Positions 12,340 through 26,902 of a DNA stretch of 64,000 nucleotides are shown piece after piece. The notes under the pieces were generated by a model. The model did not search any database and was not told where the DNA came from. It saw only the letters and a program-made list of their open reading frames with translations. The number at the start of each line of letters is the position of its first letter. Position 1 is the stretch's first letter. Location of the stretch: NCBI RefSeq assembly GCF_009914755.1, contig NC_060930.1. One strand, written 5' to 3'. This DNA comes from the human T2T-CHM13v2.0 reference genome, Homo sapiens. Both the position numbers and the translations under genes were made by a program.

Positions 12340-13742
12340 TGTTTCCGGAACTGGTGGGTTCTTTTTCTGACTGACTTCAAGAATGAAACCACAGACCCTC
12401 GTGGTGAGCGTTACAGTTCTTAAAGGTGGTGTGTCCAGAGTTTGTTCCTTCTGATGTTCGGATGTGTTTGGAGTTTCTTCCTTCTGGTGGGTTCGTGGTC
12501 TCTCTGGCTTCAGGAGTGAAGCTGCAGACCTTCGTGGTGAATGTTACAGCTCTTAAGCTGGCGCATCTGGAGTCACTCATTCCTCTCACTGGGTTCGTGG
12601 TCTCACTGGCCTCAGGAGTGAAGCTGTAGACCTTCAGGGTAAGTGTTACAGCTCATAAACGCAGTGTGGAGCCAAAAAGTAAGCAGCAGCCACACTTATC
12701 ACAAAGAGCAAAAGAACAAAGCTTCTACACTGTGGAAAAGGATCCATTCGGGTTGCCACAGCTGGCTTGGGCAGCCTGCTTTTATTCCCTTATCTGGCCC
12801 CACCCACATTCTGCTGATTGGCCCATTTTACAGAGAGCTGATTGGTCCATTTTACAGAGAGCTGATTGGTCCGTTTTGATAGGGTGCTGCTTGGTGCGTT
12901 TACAATACCTGAGCTAAACACAGAGTGCTGATTGGTGTATTTGCAATCCTTTAGCTAGACATAAAAGTTCTCCAAGTCCCTACCAGATTAGCTAGATACA
13001 GAGTGCTGATTGGTGCATCCATGAACCCTGAGCTAGACACAGAGTGCTGATTGGTGCATATACAATCCTCCAGCTAGACATAAAAGTTCTCCAAGTCTCC
13101 ACCTGACTCAGGAGCCCATCTGGCTTCGCCTAGTGGATCCTGTGCCAGGGCCGTGGGTGGAGCTGCCCGCCAGTCCTACACCATGCGCCTGCACTCCTCA
13201 GCCCTTGGGCGGTCAATGGGATCGGGCGCCACGGAGCAGGGGGCGGCACCCATCAGGGAGGCTCGGGCTGCGCGGAAGCCCACCACGGGGGGACTTGGGC
13301 ATGGCAGGATGCAGGTCCCGAGCCTTGCCCCGCAGGGAGGCGCTGAGGCCCGGCGAGAATTCGAGCATGGCGCGGGCAGGCCAGCAGTGCTGGGGGACCT
13401 GGTGCCCCTCTCCACAGCTGCTGGCCTGGATGCTAAGCCCCTCACTGCCCGGGGCTGGTGGCACTGGCCAGCCGCTCTGAGTGCGGGGCCCGCCAAGCCC
13501 GCACCCACCCAGAACTCGTGCTGGCCTGCGACCACCACACGTAGCCCTGGTTCCCACCTGCGTCTCTCCCTCCACACCTCCGCACAAGCAGAGGGAGCTG
13601 GCTTCAGCCTCAGCCAGCCCAGAGAGGGGCTACCAAAGTGCAGCGGCAGCCTGAAGGGCTCCTCAAGCATGGCCAGAGCAGACATCAAGGCCAAAGAGGT
13701 GCTGAGAGTGAGCGAGGGCTGCTAGCACGTTGTCACCTCTCA
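12340..13742 (-). mobile_element. Solo LTR12 (ERV9/HERV9 LTR, C/D type), 1403 bp, same orientation as ROS1
   Basis: Minus strand starts TGAGAGGTGACAACGTGCTAGCAGCCCTCGCTC and ends CCGGAAACA (TG...CA termini); 4-bp TSD GCAC at 12336-12339 and 13743-13746; tandem CCAAT subrepeats and U5 repeats. Confidence 0.95.
12750..13060 (-). promoter_or_regulatory. LTR12 U3 enhancer/promoter: six CCAATCAG (NF-Y) boxes, GT/CACCC box, GATA site, TATA-like AATAAA
   Basis: Six plus-strand ctgattgg copies between about 12814 and 13054; AGATAA at 12790-12795; AATAAA at 12781-12786; activity not shown by sequence. Confidence 0.7.
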
Positions 13743-15365
13743 GCACTGCTATATACCAACAGCGACCAAGCTGAGAATCAAATCAATAATTCAACCCCTT
13801 TTACAATAGCTGCAAAAATATACTCACAAATGTACCTAAGAAGATAAAAGACTTCTACAAAACTACACAATACTGCTGAAAGAAATCATAGATGATACAA
13901 ACAAATGGAAACACATCCCATGCTCATGGATGGGTAGAATCACTATTGTGAAAATGACCATACTGCCAAAAGCAATCTACAAATTCAATGTAATTCCCAT
14001 TGAAATACCAGCATCATTCTTCACAGAACAAGAGAGAACAATCCTAAAATGCATGTAGAACCAAAAAAGAGCCCATATAGCCAAAGCAAGACTAAGCAAA
14101 AAGAACAAATCTGGAGGCATCACATTACCTGACTTCAAACTGTACTATAAGGCTATAGTCACCAAAACAGTATGGTACTTGTATAAAAATAGACACACAT
14201 ATCAAAGTAACAAAATAGAGAACCCAGAAATAAAGCCAACTGATCTTCGACAAAGCAAACAAAAACTAAAGTAGGGAAAGGATACCCTATTCAACAAATG
14301 GTGCTGGGATAATTGGAAAGCCACATGTAGAAGAATGAAACTGGATCCTCATCTCTTGCCTTATACAAAAATCAACTCAAGATGGATCAAAGACTTAAAT
14401 CTAAGACCTAAAACCTTAACAATTCTAGAAGATAACATCGAAGAAACCCTTCTAGACATTGGCTTAGGCAAAGACTTCATGACAAAGAACCCAAAATCAA
14501 ATGCAACAAAAACAAAGATAAATAGATGGAATTTAATTAAACTAAAAAGCTTCTGCACAGCAAAATAATCAGCAGAGTAAACAGACAACCCACAGAGTGG
14601 GAGAAAATATTCACAAACTATGTATTTGACAAAGGACTAATATCCAGAAACTACAAGGAACTCACACAAATCAACAAGAAAAAAGCAAACCATCTCAAAT
14701 AATAGATGTTGGCATGGATGTGGTGAAGAGGGAACACTCTTACACTGCTGATGGGAATGTAAACTAGTACAACCACTATGGAAAACAGTGTGAAAATTCC
14801 TTCAAGAACTAAAAGTAGATCTACCATTTGATCCAGCAGTCCCACTATTGGGTATCCACCCAAGGAAAAGAAGTCATTATACAAAAAAGATACATGCACA
14901 TGCATGTTTATAGTAGCACAATTCATGATTGCAAAAATATGGAACCAGTCCAAATGCCCATCAATTATTGAATAAAGAAAATGTGGTGTATATATAATGG
15001 AATACTACTCAGCCATAAAAAAGAACAAAATAATGGCATTCATAGCAACCTGGATGGAATTGGAGACCGTTATTCTAAGTGAAGTAACCAGGAATGGAAA
15101 ACCAAAAAGTACATTCTCACTCATAAGTGGGAGTTAGGCTGTGAGGATGCAAAGGCATAAGAATGATACAATGGACTTTGGGGATTTGGAGTAAAGGGTG
15201 GGAGGAGGGTGAGGGATAAAAGACTACACACTGGGTACAGTGTACACCACTCAGGTGATGGGTTTACCAAAATTTCAGAATTCACCACTAAAGAACTTAT
15301 CCATGTAACCAAATACCACCTTTTCCCCAAAAACCTATTGAATTAAATAAATTTTTTAAAAAAAG

Positions 15366-15510
15366 AAAACCTACCTATTGGGTAATATGCTTGTTACCTG
15401 GGTAACAATCTGTACCCCAAACCCCCAGGACACACTATCTATAGAACCTACCTGCACATGTACCCCTTAAACTAAAATAAAAAATTTAAAACCAACAATA
15501 AAACAATACA
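15366..15510 (+). mobile_element. L1PA15/16-like 3' end fragment
   Basis: ctacctattgggtaatatgc...acctgcacatgtacccc..aactaaaataaaa plus an A-rich tail. Confidence 0.7.
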
Positions 15511-15529
15511 ATAAATGTAAACAACACAA

Positions 15530-18480
<2,951 letters not shown>

Positions 18481-18960
18481 ATAAAAGTGTAAAATTTATT
18501 TTTAAAATATCTGACAATGCTAATGTGGAAGATGTAGAGATACCGACAAGATCAGGACAGGGGGATAAGTTTGAGGACACAGATCAAGGAGATAATTCAT
18601 GTGGTCCCTTTCACTCTCTAATTTTCATTTAAGACATCACAGGAAGAGTTCTGCCTTCACTCCATAATGTATACTCTATTTTGTGAAGAAGCAGAAAAGC
18701 TTATCCATACACTTCCTGGGCTCTTAGGCAGCATTCTCCTGAGTGTCTATACTGTACTCTCTTCATACCCCATCACAGCACTTACCATATTCTACTGTAA
18801 CTAGTTATTTACAAACCTCTTTACCCTACAAGCCCAATGCCTGCAACACAGTGGATAACCAGAAAATGTTTATTGAAGGAATAAATGAATTTCCATGCAT
18901 TATCATTTATGACTGACAAGTTTTCTTCTCAATCAATTGCCTTTGAGGGACTCTACTTAC

Positions 18961-19061
18961 CTCTGTCCCCGAAGAACAGCTGTGTACAGGTGAATACATT
19001 GACTGTCTTGAACCAACCAATACAGGAGCCCATCACTGAGGTCTAAAGTTAGAGCAATTAC
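18961..19061 (-). CDS. ROS1: ROS1 exon 17 (101 nt), VIALTLDLSDGLLYWLVQDSQCIHLYTAVLRGQ, YWTD-type blade
   Basis: Acceptor cttag|GTAATT, donor GAG|gtaagt; phase 0 to 2; too short for the ORF track. Confidence 0.95.
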
Positions 19062-19324
19062 CTAAGTAGAAAGTAAGGTAAGAAAATAAACCAAATACAT
19101 GTTTGAAGCATAACTTTGTGAACAGGTCACACTTAAGCTATAGATTTCTCTTTAACATCCTCTTTGGAATAATAAATTCAGTAATTTTTACTTTTTTCTG
19201 ACTATAAAACTTATATGATTATGCTTATTACTGTTATTTGGATATAAACACTGGTGTCCTAAAATTTTACAAAAAGGCAAGGAGTGTATTATTCACTTTT
19301 ATATACTTAGCTCCAGTAATTATC

Positions 19325-19680
19325 AAAGTATGATTCTCAGACCTGCAGCAACAGCATCACCTGGAAGCTTGGAACAAATATAAATTATCAGTCACACTCC
19401 AGAGTTACTGAATCTGAAATGTTGAGCCTGTGTCAAGCTTGCCTAAAGGTAGTGGTAACTCTGGCCTCTTTAGCAACATGAGCCAGTGAATTTTGTTGTT
19501 GTTTAAACCTGTTGTTATCAAACATAGCTGCATATTACAATGATCTGTGGAGTTTTTTAAAAATCTCAATTCCCAGGCTGCACTCTATTAATTATGATCT
19601 CTGGGGATGGAACCTAGGCTCCAGTATGCTTTAAAACTTCTCAGGTGATTCCAACGTGCCACCAATGGTTTAAACCATTT
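19325..19680. mobile_element. MER5-type hAT-Charlie fragments
   Basis: cagcatcacctggaagcttg...tactgaatctgaa and caggtgattcc...gtttaaaccatt motifs. Confidence 0.55.
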
Positions 19681-21129
19681 TGAATTGTATTTTCTATTAA
19701 TTGCAACCCAAAACATTCTCATACACTTTAAAAAGATCATACACAAAGGATGTTTATGTATTAAAATTGAATAGTAATGTGTATATAAAGCCCTATTTCC
19801 AGATGACATATGAGAACCACTTCTTACTACTCTTTGCTTTCTTGTTGCAATGTATATCTTAAGTTTACATCCAGTCATCTAGATGAGGCCTGATGGCACA
19901 GAATCCATGAGATATGGCATAGAATCCATGAGACAGATAGAAGTTACTATCCAAAGATCCTGTTTTTGCTTTCTTTGGCTTTACAAATATTTTTCAAATA
20001 AGCTAAGATTGCCAGTAGCCTGATTTCGGAGCAGTGCAATCTCCCTGTAACATACCTAGAAGCTGTGAGGTATAACCAATAGAATTAAAGTTGACGACTA
20101 CATCTTCAGCAAGATACAGCAGCATTTAAACAAATATGATGAGCCAGTGAAAGATGTGAAAAGACTACAATAAGGTATCCAAGAGCTAAAAATTCTTCCT
20201 GAAAAGTTATCCTGCTACAAAGAAACAGTTATAAGGTACATGACGACAAAAACCCTTCGGTTGTCATACAAATCACAGCCTTCTATCTTCAGGAAAATTC
20301 AACCAACTTATTCTCCAGAAGGTAAAAATGTATTCTGGCAATTCTCAGCCTTTTAGGAGTTGAATCATGTCCTTGCTCCATGCTGAGAGAGATCTATTGA
20401 TTTTTTTTTTTCAGTTAAAGAGAAATCAGGTTAACCTTGTTTGGTTATTTACAATGAGATACACTAGAGTTTCTACATTACAAATTAAGTCTATTTCATC
20501 TATTTTAAAAAGGAGATTCTACAATTTTTTGCTGGAATACAACAAACTATTCAAACTCTAAGTAAAATTCAGGTGTTGAGTCATCATCCCATTCCTCCAC
20601 AGCAGTCAGCAGCTTCATATTTAAACAGTCAGAGGGTACTCCATACCTTTTATATAAACCTCTCTGATCTAAACTAAAACCCTTATGCTAAATTTTAATT
20701 CTGTGGTAAAATGTACCATATGCTGTGAGTTGAGCTCATCAGATGTGGCAAAAGGTATCTTTTTACCTTAGAAGAATCTCTTACTTTGTTCATTCTTTTT
20801 TTATCACACAAGTAATTGGGCCTTTCTATAAATAATTGCCTGACTGTATTTCATTATGTCGGCTGATTGCAAAATATATTATTACTGCATAATAAATCTG
20901 TACATGACATCAATGAACAAGAGAGAGATGAAGAGCTTTGCTGGATGCAAAATGCATTGCCTTCAAAACATCCACTGTCACTAAGGGAGTCAGATAGATT
21001 AGACATCAAACCATGGAACCAGAACACAGATTTGCAAAAGCAACAACAGCACTTGACAACCTGGGAGAGGATTTGCAGAGGACTGTTTTTTTTTTTTTTT
21101 TGGTTAATTTCCATTCTTTTGCTTTTATT

Positions 21130-21781
21130 ATATATATATTTTTAACTTCAATAGCTTTTTGGGGTACAGGTAGTTTTTGGTCACATGGATGAATTGTACA
21201 GCTGTAAAGGCTGAGATTTCAGTGCACCAGTCACCTGAGTAGTGTAAAAACGTACCCAATATGTAGGGTTTTTTTTATCCCCCACCCAACTTCCACCCTC
21301 CCTCCTTCTGAGTCTCCAAAGTCTATTATATTACTCTGTATGCTTTTGCATACCCATGGCTTAGCTCCCACTTATAAGTGAGAACATATAGTATTTGGTT
21401 TGCCATTCCTGAGTTACTTTACTTAGAATAATGGCCTCCAGCTCCATCCAAATTGCTGCAAAAGACATTATTTCCTCCTTTTTTTTATGGCTGAGTGGTA
21501 TTCTATGGTGTATTTATACCACATTTTCTTTATCCATCCACTAATCAGTTGATGGGCACTTAGGTTGGTTCCCTATCTTTGCAATTGCAAATTGTGCTGC
21601 CATAAACATATGTGTGCAGGTGTCTTTTTGATATAATAACTTCTTTTCCTTTGGGGAGATACCCAGTAGTGGGATTGCTGGATCGAATGATAGAAATACT
21701 ATTAGTTCTTTAAGAAATCTCTGCACTGTTTTCCATAGAGGTTGTACTAATTTACATCCCCATCTGCAGTGTATAAGCGTT
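21130..21781 (-). mobile_element. L1PB (PB3-like) 3' fragment, sense to ROS1
   Basis: ORF2 C-terminal remnant in ORF 21541..21846 ([14 protein letters not shown]...FDPAIPLLG) plus L1PB 3' UTR. Confidence 0.85.
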
Positions 21782-23219
21782 TGGAGGGGGGATTTAAAGA
21801 GGGGTAAGAAGGATGAATTTCCCCCAAACATGCTGAGATGACTCACTCATTTATGGGGAAGTCCCCAAGGTCACACCAGAGCTTTATCCTGGCTAGTGAG
21901 AGTACTCAAACAACCATATCAGAACACTGGGAAGATTACTGACAAAGTCCCTGAGGTGGAGAAGAAGTTACTCTTGAGATAATATTATCAATATGTTTTT
22001 ACAAAAATGAAAATGCTTTTCCCTAACAATTATATTTTTTGAAAAACAAAAAAAAATGCTTTCTTTGTATTCAGACTCAAGTGACTCCAAAATAGAATTA
22101 AGAGACCTTTTTATTATTTGACAAGAATGATTGTCTTTGGATATGGTACATAAATTTCCATCTCTTTTAAATGTCTGTGTTATAATCCATGTAATGCAAA
22201 TCAGGTCTCTTTAAATATCCTAGGAATTATGGCCCATATATGTTATTGGAATTGGAGATCAAGTGACTCAACTATTAGTTCATATATATACATACATTTT
22301 TAAAATCATCTGGTATTCTGTATTATGTATATTTTATCTCTGCAGAAAAAAATGACTTAAAATAAGAAAATCTTAAGGGATATATTAGGTAGAAATGGTG
22401 TGAATAATTTATTTATTCTTAATGCATTTCTGCAATTTTCAAGTTTTTCACAGTTGAAATATGTCACTATTATGGTCAGAAAAAATTAAAATTTAGAAAC
22501 TTAGATGGATACCTAGTGGGTAGCTAAACAGAATCAACAAAAATAGTTATTGCTTGTAAAAGCTGAGGAAGTAAAAGTAACATTTGCTTTAGAAACATTC
22601 CTGTATTTGCAGGTTGAGTAATAATAATATGAGCTTAACTACGGAGCATTTACTTTGTACCTGGAACTATTCCCACTCCTCATGAATACTCTCATATAAT
22701 CTTTATAAAAAAAAACTTAGGAGGTAGAATAATAGTTAACAGTCCCATTTTTCAGATAAGGAAAGAAACACGGAGAAGTGAAATCATTTGCCTAGTTTTT
22801 AGAAACAGTTTTTAAAACAGTCAGTGCCCAAAACTGATTGAAAATAGTAAAATGCCTAGTCACCACCTGATTCAAAGCTTCTAAAATATTCAACAGAAGT
22901 CCTTAAGACTATAAAAACAGTTATAAATTAAAATACTTTTAAGTTGGGTTCACTCAAAATAAAGTAAACAAAAAAAATCTCCATAGTGCATTTGAACTTA
23001 CATAATCACTTATCACCATCAAATAAGGCTTTCAATTGTGACCATCAAATAAGGCTTTTTTTTTTCAAATAACAGAAAACTTGGTTAAACCAAGATCTTA
23101 CCAAAACACTATTTCCTTTAGGAGTCTGCTTTAAGTACTCACAATAAGCGAGAGAAAGTATTATCATAAATATAGAGCTATTCAGTATTACTAAATGATC
23201 AGATCTTTTAATTTGTCAC

Positions 23220-23411
23220 CTTTTTCCCAGAAAACCAAGGCTGTGTCTGTAGTACAAGGGAACTTTCCCCATTTAGTCTGGTGCTTTCCACTGAATAGAG
23301 TGTGGTCCAGTAGAGATATCCACCAACTGAATCCACCACCATGTCATTCACCAATAGCTTCACGTGGGTAACAATGTCTGTGTGTCCCGTCAACACAGAC
23401 TGCCTTTGTAT
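23220..23411 (-). CDS. ROS1: ROS1 exon 16 (192 nt), IQRQSVLTGH...YLYWTT...WFSGKK
   Basis: Acceptor tttag|ATA, donor AAG|gtgaca; overlaps ORF 23208..23396; phase 0 to 0. Confidence 0.96.
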
Positions 23412-24566
23412 CTAAAAAACATAATTGTATGGCCAGTTAATGGCTTTCAAGTGACATTATTATTTCTGAATATTTATTGCAATCATTAATAAATTGCTTG
23501 ATTAATCATTCATTCATTCAACCACAAATAGTGATTGGCACTATGTGCTGGGTAGTGTAATAAGCCTTGGAAACACAGCAACAAGCAAACAGGCATGGCA
23601 CCTGCCCTCATGGGGCTTATCTGTTTTCATGCCTCCAAAGAGAAGGGAACTAAATTTACTTTGCATAAAAATAACTGCTTTTCCTAATTATACATCCAGA
23701 CAATGTGAACACTGCTGGATAGGAATATATTTGATTAGACTCCCGAAAAAAGATGTTTATGTCCCTATAAATGATGACATCTCTCCTTGCTCTTCTCTAT
23801 CAGTGTAGTTCCCTAATATTTCATGATTATCAATAATGTGCCAGGCACTGTACTTTTTTATCTTTAAAAATATAAACTCCTGTAATCCTCACATTAAGCT
23901 TATGAAGGATTTCTATTCCCTATTTTTTCACAGGTAAAGTGGATTAAAGTTAAACAATTTGTCCTGGAGTTAAACACTTTAATAAGAGATAGAGAAAATA
24001 CTTAAAACTGGTTTTTATGTCCACTCTTCCATTTCCTTTTTCAAAACTATTTTTAAACTAACCTATTTGAGGGAGTGTTTTCTGACTAACCCCACTCAAT
24101 TTCATTCTGCTTGCACATCTTTGGCACTTATGAATTCAGATTGTACCATATTGCTTTGTCTCTAAATACATTGCTTCATATGCTTCTTTATTTTATATAT
24201 GTATTTTATCTCCTCAGAAGAGCAGGGACAACTGATGATGGCTGTACATCAATGGACACACTAAAAAATCTCTGAATTCTACACAATAAAAGAATGAATT
24301 TTGTGTTATGTGAATTATATCACAACAAAGTTGTTTTTAAAATAGCAGGGACATGTCGGCTATTTGTTTTATATTCCCTACTTTGCCTTCTTTCAAGGAT
24401 TTCAACGCATTGGTAGTAGATAAATGATTGCTGGACAAATAAATAAATGGACAGCAAGTACTTTCCTGATTAAAAATTATTTCAATACCTTATTTCTTGA
24501 TCTGTCAGGCCAATGTTCTTGTCATTAGCCATCATCTTTCTCTTCAAAATATATCACTCCACAGGT

Positions 24567-25060
24567 GTGCTGGATGTCTTTATTTTGCCTCTAGGTCTAA
24601 TTCCCACCCTTCTCCACCCTACTCTGTGCCCCCATAGGCCAACATCTATGGACTTTATCTGCTAGGCTGAAGGGTTGTTGTCTGGCTTCTGGGGAGGTTC
24701 AGCCAATGGAAGCACTGGCAGATTAGAGGGCAGGAGGAAGGAGGGGTTGGGGTTCTTATTCCTTTAGCTGGCTCCTTGCCAGACCATACATCTTGATAGT
24801 GGCCAGCTTCTGTGCCTAAAGTCACAGTCCATATCAGCTACTCTCCTACAGCTACAGCCCTCACCAGGTTCTTCCACTTCTTCCCCTTGCCTATTCACAC
24901 CTAGACTTATGTCTTCGCACACTTGTAAACCGTGAGGATGCCTCACCATCATTTGTTCATTTTCCCTAGCCCTGTGCACACCTTTGAAAATAGTCTCTTC
25001 ACTTAGTTGCCTTGAATCATGCTTTTGGAGCATGCCATGTTCCTGCCAAGAACCAACGCT
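24567..25060 (+). mobile_element. LTR33-like ERVL solo LTR
   Basis: cccacccttctccaccctactctgtgcccc...ggttcagccaatgg...ctttgaaaatagtctcttc match the LTR33 layout as I recall it; boundaries approximate. Confidence 0.65.
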
Positions 25061-25175
25061 CAGGTGAGCATTTTCATGTATTTATTTAAACTATTATTGG
25101 GGAAAAAATACCTAATTCAACAAATAGTGATAACAAATTTAATTTACAAAAAAACATATTTTAAAAGTGAGATGA

Positions 25176-25433
25176 GGCCGGGAGCGGTGGCTCACGCCTG
25201 TAATCCCAGCACTTTGGGAGGCCGAGGCAGGCAGATCTCTTGAGGTCAGGAGTTCGAGACCAGCCTGGCCAACGTGGTGAAACCCCATCTCCACTGAAAA
25301 TGCAAGAAGTAGCCAGGCATGGTGGCATATGCCTGTAATTCCAGCTACTCGGGAGGCAGAGGCCAAGATGGCGCCACTGCACTCCAGCCTGGGCAGCAGG
25401 GTGAAATTGTGTCTCAAAAAAAGAAAAAAAAAA
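25176..25433 (+). mobile_element. AluS with right-arm internal deletion
   Basis: ggccgggagcggtggctcacgcc start; about 40 nt missing around gggaggc/agagg; A tail. Confidence 0.92.
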
Positions 25434-25585
25434 TGTTTAAGTGACTTGGTTTAAAGATAAACATTAAATAAATAATAGCATAAGTGGTGCACAGGTATTT
25501 AAAAAAAAAAAAGAAATTGGTGTGCAAGTCACTGAAGTGGATAAGTATCATTCTAGAGCATCCAGAATGCCATGCTTTAACTCAC

Positions 25586-25764
25586 CACATATGTCTTTCC
25601 AGCCCAGTAGAGAAAGTGACCCAGCCACTCAAAAGCTAAAGCCCCTGCTCCTGCAATGCTGGGTAGGTGATAATTCTCTGAGATATCCGTCCCATTCAGC
25701 AGCCACACAAAAACGTCGCCTTTCGTGTCACTGTAGTAGAGGCTGTTGTTATACCAATCCATGT
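25586..25764 (-). CDS. ROS1: ROS1 exon 15 (179 nt), (D)MDWYNNSLYYSD...LYWAGKTYV
   Basis: Acceptor ttttgag|AC (GAG type), donor GTG|gtgagt; ORF 25577..25762; phase 1 to 0. Confidence 0.95.
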
Positions 25765-26791
25765 CTCAAAATAAAGTGAATGATTAGCAGTTATTTTTCA
25801 TACATACCAACAAAAACATAATGAGTCAACAAATCACATCTGCACCTCAACATAATTTTAAACAACACACTGACACATATTCACTAGAACTTGATCTGTC
25901 AAGAATATTTAAATAATGTTTCCCAAACTCTTAACCCCTGAAACCAGGGAGAACAGTGGATACACATCGAGCATCTCCTCTTTGCCAAACATTGTCCCAG
26001 GCAGTTTACAGATCTCATTTAGTTCCTAAAACAAAATTATGAAGTAGGAATTATTCTCATTTTTGAGATGGTAAACCTGAGACAAGGTGAGATCATGTGT
26101 TCTGCCTGAGGGCTCACAGATACATCAAGAGGAAGCCCAGACTCAGCCAATGCCAAAGTGGCATTCTCTCCATTGGTGCCACATTACCTACATTTGGCTC
26201 CTATGTTGGTCAGAAATGCTGTTGTACTTTTAATGGCCAAATAAATCAATAAACAATTAGATAACTATGGAAGATGTCATCTTCAGGCAAGATCACTGTT
26301 ATAACACCCTAGAATGAAGACTTTTCTTCCTTCTAACGCCTTCCAGGCAAATTACCCATTCATTACTTAATAATCCTCTTTGTCAACCAATTATTCCTTA
26401 TACCTTATTTAGAACTCTATGCAGCAGTTTCTGCTCCTGTCTTATAGCAAATGCACAGTAAATTATTTAAGTATAACTGTCTTAGTGGAACAAGATAGGC
26501 TGTTAATGTGAGATGGCATTGGTAGATTAATACATCAGCATTATATCAAAGCCTTCCTGGTGGGCATAAAACTAGAAACAACCTCACATTTTGTGACTTA
26601 ATAAATAGCGTTCCTATCTAAGAACTGACATTTTCTTAACAGAATCACTGGCAGTAGAGTTCAGTCAATATTTTTTCCTTTCACTATTGACCAAATACAA
26701 AAATACCCTATTCTTTTGATTCATTGAATGATGTGGGAAGTCTTATGAGTAGAAATCTGTCATTCAAGTGAACAGAGGACTTGGGGTTTAC

Positions 26792-26902
26792 CTGACACAT
26801 TTCCTATATCAGAGGATAAGAACTCTCCTGGGCCAAAGCTATTTAATGGTTTACTCCAAAGCCCATCTTCTTTCACAGCCATGATAAATGGTGGTTCACT
26901 AG
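26792..26902 (-). CDS. ROS1: ROS1 exon 14 (111 nt), (A)SEPPFIMAVK...DIGNVS
   Basis: Acceptor aaacag|CT, donor CAG|gtaaac; phase 1 to 1. Confidence 0.95.

Larger units (their letters stand above)
10956..15365 (+). mobile_element. L1PB-type LINE with 5' UTR, a large internal deletion (ORF1 and 5' ORF2), 3' ORF2 and 3' UTR; interrupted by LTR12
   Basis: L1PB-like 5' UTR 10956 to about 11940; RT motif [16 protein letters not shown] (ORF 12030..12290); ORF2 remnant 14335..14568; L1PB-type 3' end and A-rich tail. Confidence 0.85.

Noticed and set aside
12810-13100. Regularly spaced short repeats resembling a CRISPR-like array
   Set aside because: These are the known CCAAT-containing U3 subrepeats of LTR12; human DNA, no unique spacers, no cas genes
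13133-13847. Overlapping GC-rich ORFs of 115-190 aa on both strands
   Set aside because: They lie in the GC-rich U3 of LTR12, where stop codons are scarce; no protein family resemblance
19893-23058. Short tandem duplications (atggca.agaatccatgaga x2 near 19893-19933; accatcaaataaggcttt x2 at 23015-23058)
   Set aside because: Ordinary slippage duplications with nothing suggesting function
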